Shown one piece after another: positions 39,901 to 47,771 of a DNA stretch of 47,771 nt. The DNA lies in NCBI GenBank assembly GCA_013265495.1, contig MU057656.1, forward strand, positions 62,001 through 109,771. The letters run 5' to 3'. The DNA is from Vicugna vicugna. Its lineage: Eukaryota. The translations under genes were made by a program, and so were the position numbers. Under the pieces are notes generated by a model. That model saw only the letters and a list, made by a program, of their open reading frames with translations, made no database searches and was not told the DNA's origin. Each line of letters opens with the position of its first letter. Within the stretch, counting starts at the first letter, position 1.

Positions 39901-40577
39901 AACAGGATGGAGATTCCTCAAAAGCCTAGGAATAGGCTTAGCATATAAGCAAAGAATCCAGCTTCTGGGCATAAATCCAGATGGAACCCTACTCCAGGAT
40001 GACACCTGCACACCATTGTTCATAGCCAGCACTATTTACAATAGCCAAGACATAGAAACAGCCTAAGTGTCCATCGACAGTTGACTAGATAAAGAAGAGG
40101 TGGTATATTTATACAATGTAATAGTAGTCAGTCTTATAAACTGACAACATAACGCCGTTTTCAGCAACATGGTTGATCCTGGAGAAAATGTCTACGTGAA
40201 GTAAGCCAGAAAGTGAAAGAAAATTACCATATGAGAAGGCTCATGTGTGGAATCTAAAAACAAAATCAAACCAAACAAAAAACTCATAAATACAAAACAG
40301 AAATAGACTCACAGGCAGAGAATACAAAGTTTTGGTTGCCAAGTAGATGGGGTGTGGAAGTAGATATGCTGGGAGGTCAAAATTGTAAAATAGATAAACA
40401 GGATTGTACTGTATAGCACAGCGAAATGTATAAAAGATCTTACGGCAGCTCACAGGGGAAAAAAATGGTACAGCAAATGTATATATGTTCATTGTAACTA
40501 AAAAATTGTGCTCTACAATGGAATTTGAGACAACTTTTTAAAATGATTAAAAATCAATAAAAAAAAGTAAAAAAAAA
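33970..40577 (+). mobile_element. Full-length degenerate LINE-1 (paralog of 1-5785)
   Basis: 5' end gaggggtgaggcaaagttggtggagtag (decayed caagatggcgg-type start), ~1.6 kb 5'UTR, ORF1 remnant (RHIIKMARVKDKEMILKTARE), ORF2 EN/RT remnants (ICCIQETHF, LYADNM), AATAAA 40556-40561 and A tail. Confidence 0.95.
39199..39753. other. Assembly gap (N run)
   Basis: N characters. Confidence 0.99.
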
Positions 40578-40579
40578 TG

Positions 40580-43500
40580 ACCCTAAATATTACAGGTGTA
40601 AATATAAATTAGAGAGAAAAACAACTACGCAAAGGAGAAGTAAAATCAAAGATTTTGTTTTTGTTTTCTTCTTAAGATAAGCAAAATCAAAAAACCTCTA
40701 GCCAGGTGCATCTTGAAGAAAAGAGAGATGCTCCAAAGAAAATGTCAGAAATAAATGTGGAGAAATAACAATTGTCCCTCAGATATACAAAAAAGCGATC
40801 ATTTTGTCAACACTTACATGCCAATTAACTGGACAACTTAGAAGAAATAGACAAATGTCTAAAAGGAGACAGAGATAAGGAGAAACAAATAATTTGAACA
40901 AACTGTTTACTAGAAGAAAGAAAGAATCTGCATTTAAAAAATCATTTAATACAAGTGCAGATATAAACAACTCCCATTGAAAACTGTACAAAAATACAAA
41001 ACAGAACTTATACTCTTCAAAATATTCAAAAATAGTGAAGATGTGGGAAACTCACAAATTCTATGGAGCTTTCATCACCCTGATAGCAAAGCCAACAAAC
41101 AAAGTACAGGCAAAGAGAATTTCAAGCCAATATCTTTGATTGATATAGATGCAAAAATTCTAGAAGCTATTATTAGCAAACTAAATCCGGCAATACCAAA
41201 AATGAATTATACACCACGATCAACTTTAATTCATTGAAGGGTCATAAGAGAGGTGGAACATATATGAAATCAATCATTTTGATACACCACATTAACAAAA
41301 GAAAAAGGGAAAATGACGTGGTCATCCCAATAAATCGATAAAAAACAATTCACAATATTCAACATTTATTCATTAAAATAGCAGCAATAACAGCAACAAC
41401 AAAAAAACAACAGAAACAACAACAACAGAAACCTCTTACCAAAGAAGGATTCAGGAAATATATCTCAACATAACTAAAGTCATTAATAACAGACACACAG
41501 ACAGCATAATATGCAAAAGTGAATAACTGAAAGACAAATTAAGGAATAAGAAAAGGATACCCACTCTCACCATTTCTATTTAACATAGTATGGGAAGTCT
41601 CAATCAACAGCAATCAGAGAAGAAAAAGTTATTCAAGATGGATTGAATGAAGTAAAACTATTATTATTTTAGATGACATGATAATCTATATAGAGAACCC
41701 TAAAGATTCTCCGCTCCAGAATGACTAAAATTAATACAGACATTTAGCAAAGTAGCATTATTCATGATTAATGTAAAAAAATTGTCACATTTCTTTAAAA
41801 TAAGAATGAAATATTCCATAATTTAAAAAATCCATATGATATCAGATCAAAAATGAAAAACCTATGGAAAAAACAAGATGATAAAGTCTATAGGACACTG
41901 AAAAAGAAATTTGAAGATGAGGCAAAGAAATGGAAAATATCTCAAGGTCTTAGTTTAGAGGAATTAATATTTTTAAAATATACATACTACAAAAGATGTC
42001 TACAGATATAAAGTGATTCAGATCGATATACATGATACTTTTCAAAGTAATTAAAAGAGTCCTAAGATTTGTATAGAACTGCAAAAGTACCAGAACTGCA
42101 AAAGAAACAAGAGGAAAACGAACAATGTTGGACTCATAACCCATAACCCTCCCAGATCTCAGACTATATTACAAAATCAGTAATCAAAACAGCACAATAC
42201 AGGAAAACGAACACAACTATATCACTGGAACAGAACACAGAGGCAGAAATAAAAAACATTACATATAAACTAAATTATGACAAAGGAAACAAAAATACAC
42301 AATGCCTAAAAGACAGTCTTCAGCAAGTGATGTTGGAAAGCTAGAGAGCTACATGTAAATCAATGAAATTAGAACACTCCCTCACACTGTACAAAAATAA
42401 ACTCAAAATGTTTGAAATATCTGAATGTAATACATGACACAATAAAAATCCTGGAAACTAACATAGGCAAATCAAGACATAAATTGCAGCGAAATTTTCT
42501 TATGTCAATCTCCCAAGCTGAAAACAATAAAAGCAAAATAATCAAATAGGTCCTAGTTAAACTTAAAACCTTCTACACAGCAAAATAAACAATATGAAAA
42601 GATGAAATTCCAAATGGGAGAAAACATTAGGAAACAATGCTATCAACAAGAGGCTAATTTCTAAAATACACACTTCGTTCATAAAACTCCATTTCAAAAA
42701 TCTACAAACAACTCAGCCAGAAAATTAGCAGAAGACCATTTTCTGAAGAAGACACACAGATGTCAATCAGAAACTTAAAAACATGCTCACATAGCTAATC
42801 ATTATACAAATGCAAGACAAAAATAAAATAATGTTTTACCTCACACAAGTGAGAAGGGCTGTAATCACAATGTCTACAAATAATAAACACTGGGGAAGTT
42901 GTGGAGAAAAAGGGACTCTCCAACGCTGTTGGTGGGAATGAAAATTGGTGCAACCACTTTGGAAACAGTATGGAAGTTCCATTAAATAATTAAAATAGAA
43001 ATATCATATGACACAGAAATCCCACTCCTGGGTATATAAAGTATAAAACATGAAAACAAAGAATCGTAGGGTAAATTACAAGAAACACATTCTGACATTG
43101 GACTGAAATTGATTCTACATATGTCTCCCCTGGCAAGGGAAGCAGAAGCAAAACTAACAAAATATAATTTTATCACTCTAAACAGATTTACACTGCAGAA
43201 GAAATGAACAATAAAATGAAAACTCAACCAACACAATGGGAGAATATATTTGCAAGTGATATTTTCCAATCAAGTGTTAATATCCAAATATATGGCAAAC
43301 TCTTACCCCACAACAACAACAAAAAAGACCAAACAATCTATTAAAAAAATGTCTGTAGGAACAGAATAGATAGATCTGAATCAATTATCTGTAGAAAACA
43401 TACAGCTGGCTAAATCACACATGAAAATATGTTCAGAGTTATAAATAATTAGGAAAATCATAAACCAAAAGTGAGAAAAGACCTCCCAATATTCAGAAGG

Positions 43501-43585
43501 TTCTCATTATAAATAAAAGAAACAAATGTTGGTGAGATTGTGGAGAAAATGGTACACTGTGGACACTCTTGATAGGAATGCAAAG
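40580..43585 (+). mobile_element. Older L1 ORF2 fragments (paralog of 5790-8790)
   Basis: Collinear with copy A, including the (CAA)n tract and the doubled C-terminal piece. Confidence 0.8.
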
Positions 43586-43643
43586 TATTCATTCCATTGC
43601 ATATATACAACAAATTTTGTTCATCCAATGTTTTGTCAAGGGA

Positions 43644-44095
43644 TGTTGGCTTTCTAGGCTCCTGTCTGAAGGCTCTAGAGAATAAGCCCATGGGCTGAAC
43701 TGATAAACAAGCTGTGAGGAATGTCACATATCCAGGCTGGAGAAGAAATGTCCTAATCAATGTATCCAGTATGGATGGCTGGATAGCCTATGATAGGTAA
43801 GACCCTCAGAGGAGGACAACCTAAGACAGGCACAGCTGGCTGGATAAGAGAAGGCCTACTTAATGAAGTTCCGTGATGAACTTTAAAACAATCCTTGATC
43901 ATTTAACATCCTGTGCTTACTGCAGGAGCATGGGGCCTAAGTTGCTTAAGATTATTAACATTGTTATAACTTAGATGATATGTGAGGCATTGTGCATGTC
44001 CTATATAAACCCTTCTTCTAAGAATCAATAAACAGAGAACTGCTTCGCTTCTCTCCACACAGTTTTTGTGTGTATATGAAATTGTGCCACTGACA
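43644..44095 (+). mobile_element. Solo ERV LTR, copy B
   Basis: TG...CA termini, TATATAAA, AATAAA, and the same GGGA/GGGT flanks as 8847-9299. Confidence 0.8.
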
Positions 44096-44099
44096 GGGT

Positions 44100-44970
44100 T
44101 AATTGAATTTGTTCTGAGTGTCTTAAAAGGATGTTGCATTATATACAATGCTCTTTCTGCACCTATTGTGATGGTTATGTGAGTTTTATTTCTCATTCTA
44201 TTAGTGTGGCATGTCACCTTTATTGATTTGAAAAATTTGTAGTATCCTTAAACCCAGGGATAAATCCCTCTACTCAAGTATGTGTATGATACATTAAATA
44301 TTTTGTTGAATTTGTGTTTCTTGTGTTTTGTTGAGAATTTTGGCACATATGTTCATCAGGGTTTATATTCTATATTTTGCATATAATGTCCTTTCTAACA
44401 TTGTAATGCAAATAAAGCTGGCATCATAAATCTAGTTTGGATACTTTCACCCACTTCAAAATCTTGGAAGATTTGGGTAAGAATTGGTGAAAATTGTCTT
44501 CAAATGTATGACAGAATTCACCAGTAAAGTCATCTTGTAAATTTTTTCTGGTTTGGGAGGTTTGGAATACTGATTTACTCATACACACTTTTGCTCTATT
44601 TAATTTTGTAATTTCTTCATGATTCAGTATTGGAAGACATATGATTCTGGGAATATGTCTTTTGTTCTAGGTCATTCAAATTGTTGACTAGTGGAAATTT
44701 CTTCTGATTCTATGCACCTCTACACATCTACAGTATCTTCTCTTTTATTTCTAATTTTATTCGAGTCTTTATTTTCTTAGCCAACCTAAACGTTTGTCCA
44801 CTTTATGTTTAAAAGAAACAGACTTAGGTATATTTTTTTATCTTTTCAATTGTTTCTCTTGTTATTTCCCTTACTCTCATTCATTCAATTTTCTTTATTC
44901 TTTCTGTTTTCTCCTAGTTCTTGATGTTTAAATTTATGTAGTGTGATTTTTGTATTTCTTTTATTATTAA
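44100..44970 (-). mobile_element. Old L1 ORF2 fragment (paralog of 9305-10170)
   Basis: Collinear with copy A. Confidence 0.75.
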
Positions 44971-44974
44971 ATAT

Positions 44975-47771
44975 GATATTTACTTATTTATTCATTCATT
45001 CATTCATTCATTTATCTATTTACTTACTTATTTACTTATTTATTCATTTATTTATCATTGAAGTACTTCCATTTACAATGTGTCAATCTATGGTGTATAG
45101 CACAGTGTCCCGCATCATGCATATATTTGTGTGCCTATTAAAGTAAACTTCATGATATTTACATACTGTCCAGTGTTATACAAAAGGCATTTTGAAAAAA
45201 TCTATTTTTATATATAGTGGATAACATTTATAACTCTACAGCTTCCAAGTATATCCTCTCCTATGCCTTGTCTGCAGTAACCATAAGAGTATTAAGTAGA
45301 TCTGCAAGTGTGTTTCAGTTTTGTAGATGAAATCATAGTGTTCTTATCCAAATTGTTTTTTTAATGTTCTACATATGTCATATCATGCATTATTTTTCTT
45401 TCTCTTTCAGGCTTACTTCATTTAGAATGTCACTTTTTGGGGACATCCATTTTGCTGCAGATGTCATTGTTTTATCATTTTTTATGGCAGAATATAAATC
45501 CATTGTGTAAATATGGCATAAATTCTGTAAACTGTCATCTGTTCATGGACAATTAGGGTGTTTCCATGTCGTGACTTTTGTATATAGCACTGCTAAGGTC
45601 ATAGGGGAGCAGGTGACATTTTGAACTATGGTTCTCTCTGATATATACCCAAATGTGGGATTGCTGGATCATATGTTAAGTCTAGTTTTATTCTTTTGAT
45701 TAATCCCCATCCTGTTTTCCACAATGACTGCACCAAACTACATTCCTACCAATAGTGTAGAAGTGTTCCCTTTCTCCACAGCTTCCCCAGCATTTATTGT
45801 TTGTTGACTTTTGAATGATGGCCATTGTGACTATTGTGAGGTGATACTTCATTTAAGTTTTGAATTGCCCTTCTCTGCTAATGATATTGAGCAATTTTAT
45901 TTTCATATTTCTATGTGACATATGTATGTCTCTAATGGAGAATTGTTTGTTTAGTGCTTCTGCCCATTTTCAGATAGGGTTTCTTGGTTATTTTTTATTA
46001 TTATTAGGTTGTATGATGTCTTTATATTTTGGAAATTTAGCCTTTGTCAGTTGCATCACTTCTAAATATTTTCTTTAATCCTGTAGGTTGTCATTTTGCT
46101 ATGTTTATGGTTCCCTTTGCTGTGCAAAATGTTTTAAGTTTAAATAGGTCCCATTTATTAATTTTGCTCTTACATCCATTACCTGGGTAGGATGTTCTAG
46201 GAGTTCATTGCTGAGATTTTTCTCAGAGTGTTTTGCCTGTTTTCTTCTAAGAGTTTTACTGTGTCTTGGCTTACATTTTAGTCTTCAAGCCATTTTGAGT
46301 TTATTCTTGTGTATGGAGTGAAGGAGTGTTCTAACTCCATTGCTTTGCATGCTTATATCCAGTTTTCCCAACACCAATTGCTGAAGAGATGGTCTTTTCT
46401 CTGTCATACTCTAAGCTACCCTGTCAAATATTAATTGAACATAGGCATGTAGATTTATTCCCAGGCTCTCTATTCTGTTCCATTAGTCCATTTGCCTGTT
46501 TCTGTACCAGTATCATGTCGTTTTGATTATTGTAACTCTGCAATAGTGTATGGAGACAAGGCGGTTTATTGCTACAACCTCTTTTAGTCTTCAATATTGT
46601 TTTGGAAATTATGGATCTTTTTTGATTCTATATAAATCTTATGATCATTTGTTCATTCCTAAAAAAGAAATGTTTTGTATATTTTGATAGGCACTCCGAT
46701 TAAGTCTGTGGATTTCCTTGGGCAGTATGGCCATTTTTACAATATTATTTCTTCCAATACGGGACCATTGGGTATCTTTTCAATTCTTCAAATCTTTCTT
46801 GATTTTCTCAATCAATGTTTTCTTCTTCTCCATGTGTAAATCATTCACCTCCTTGGTCAGAGTTATGCTTAAGCATTTTATAGTTTTGGGTGCAGTTATA
46901 AAAGGGGTTGTTTCTATTCTTTGTTTTCCTGTTGATTCAATGGTAGTGTAAAGAATCCTAATTGGTTTTTGCACACTAATCCATCTACCTTGCCCAGTTC
47001 CTTTTTTAGCCTAAGTAATTTTTTGTGAAACTTTTACACTTTTCTATATATAGTGTCATGTCTGCATGTCGTGACAATTTTATCTCTTCTCTTCCAGTCT
47101 GAATCATTTTATTTCTTTTTCTTGCCTGATCATTGTGGGTAGGACTTCCAAGACTATATTGAATTGAAATTGTGAGAATGGGCATCCTTGTCTTGTGTCA
47201 GGTCTTTGTGGGAAAGTTTCCAGTTTTTCACCATTGAGTATTTTGCTGGCTATATGTTTGTCATAAATAGCTTTCATTATGTTGAGATGTGGTCCTTATA
47301 TGCCCACTGTGATAAGAACTTTTATTGCAAATATGTGTTAAATTTTATCAAATGCTTTTTCTGCATTTACTGAGATGATCATATCATTTTTGTCTTCTCT
47401 TTTGTTGATATGGAGTACCACAATTGATTGATTGATTTGCATATATTAAACCATCCCTGTGTTCCTGGGGTGAACCTAACTTGTCCATGGTGCATGAGCT
47501 TTCATTTACATGCTGTTGGATTCTGTTTGTTAATAATTTCTTAAGGACATTTACATCTATGTTTATCAATGATATTGGCCAATAGTTTTCTTTTTGTGGT
47601 AGTGTCTTTGTCTGGTTTTGGTATCAGTTTGATTTTGGCCTTATGGTGTGAGTTTGTGAGCACTCTCTCCATATCAGTCTTTTGGAAAAGTTTGAGGAGG
47701 ACTGGTGTGGATTTTTCTTTGTATGATTTTTCAAATTCCCCAGTGAAGCTATTTGGGTCTGAATTTTGTTT
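44975..47771 (-). mobile_element. LINE-1 3' part (paralog of 10185-12966), continues beyond the window
   Basis: Collinear with copy A; ORF2 RT remnants (MINIDVNVLKKLLTNRIQQHV). Confidence 0.92.

Larger units (their letters stand above)
34929..47771 (+). repeat. Tandem segmental duplication, copy B (offset ~34.8-34.9 kb)
   Basis: See copy A. Hand counts give about 18 mismatches in ~237 bp of the LTR and about 22 in ~215 bp of ORF1. Confidence 0.95.

Noticed and set aside
39024..40032. Long ORFs of 218-281 aa
   Set aside because: Artefacts of reading through N gaps; the same applies at 14677-15040 and 29472-29840.
8847..44095. Two similar LTRs as the ends of one 35-kb provirus
   Set aside because: Both have the same flanks on both sides and no gag/pol/env lies between them; they are duplicated solo LTRs.

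Overview
Mammalian, AT-rich, LINE-1-saturated genomic DNA, most likely from a Y chromosome. The L1 3' ends and the absence of pig or ruminant SINEs suggest a camelid; this is inferred from remembered repeat consensus. The only host gene is a two-exon, intron-retaining HSFY (heat shock transcription factor, Y-linked) pseudogene at 17590-19302 (+), carrying at least 3 nonsense codons, 3 small frameshifting deletions and a 34-bp tandem duplication. Positions 1-~12966 recur at ~34929-47771 with the same order of nested L1s, the same solo LTR and the same L1 internal deletion, at roughly 90% identity by hand count. The window therefore covers about 1.4 periods of an old ~34.8-34.9 kb tandem unit, with HSFY lying within the one complete period. 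No intact protein-coding gene, RNA gene or CRISPR array is supported; most listed ORFs are L1 debris, antisense shadows or N-gap artefacts. Repeat boundaries are approximate.
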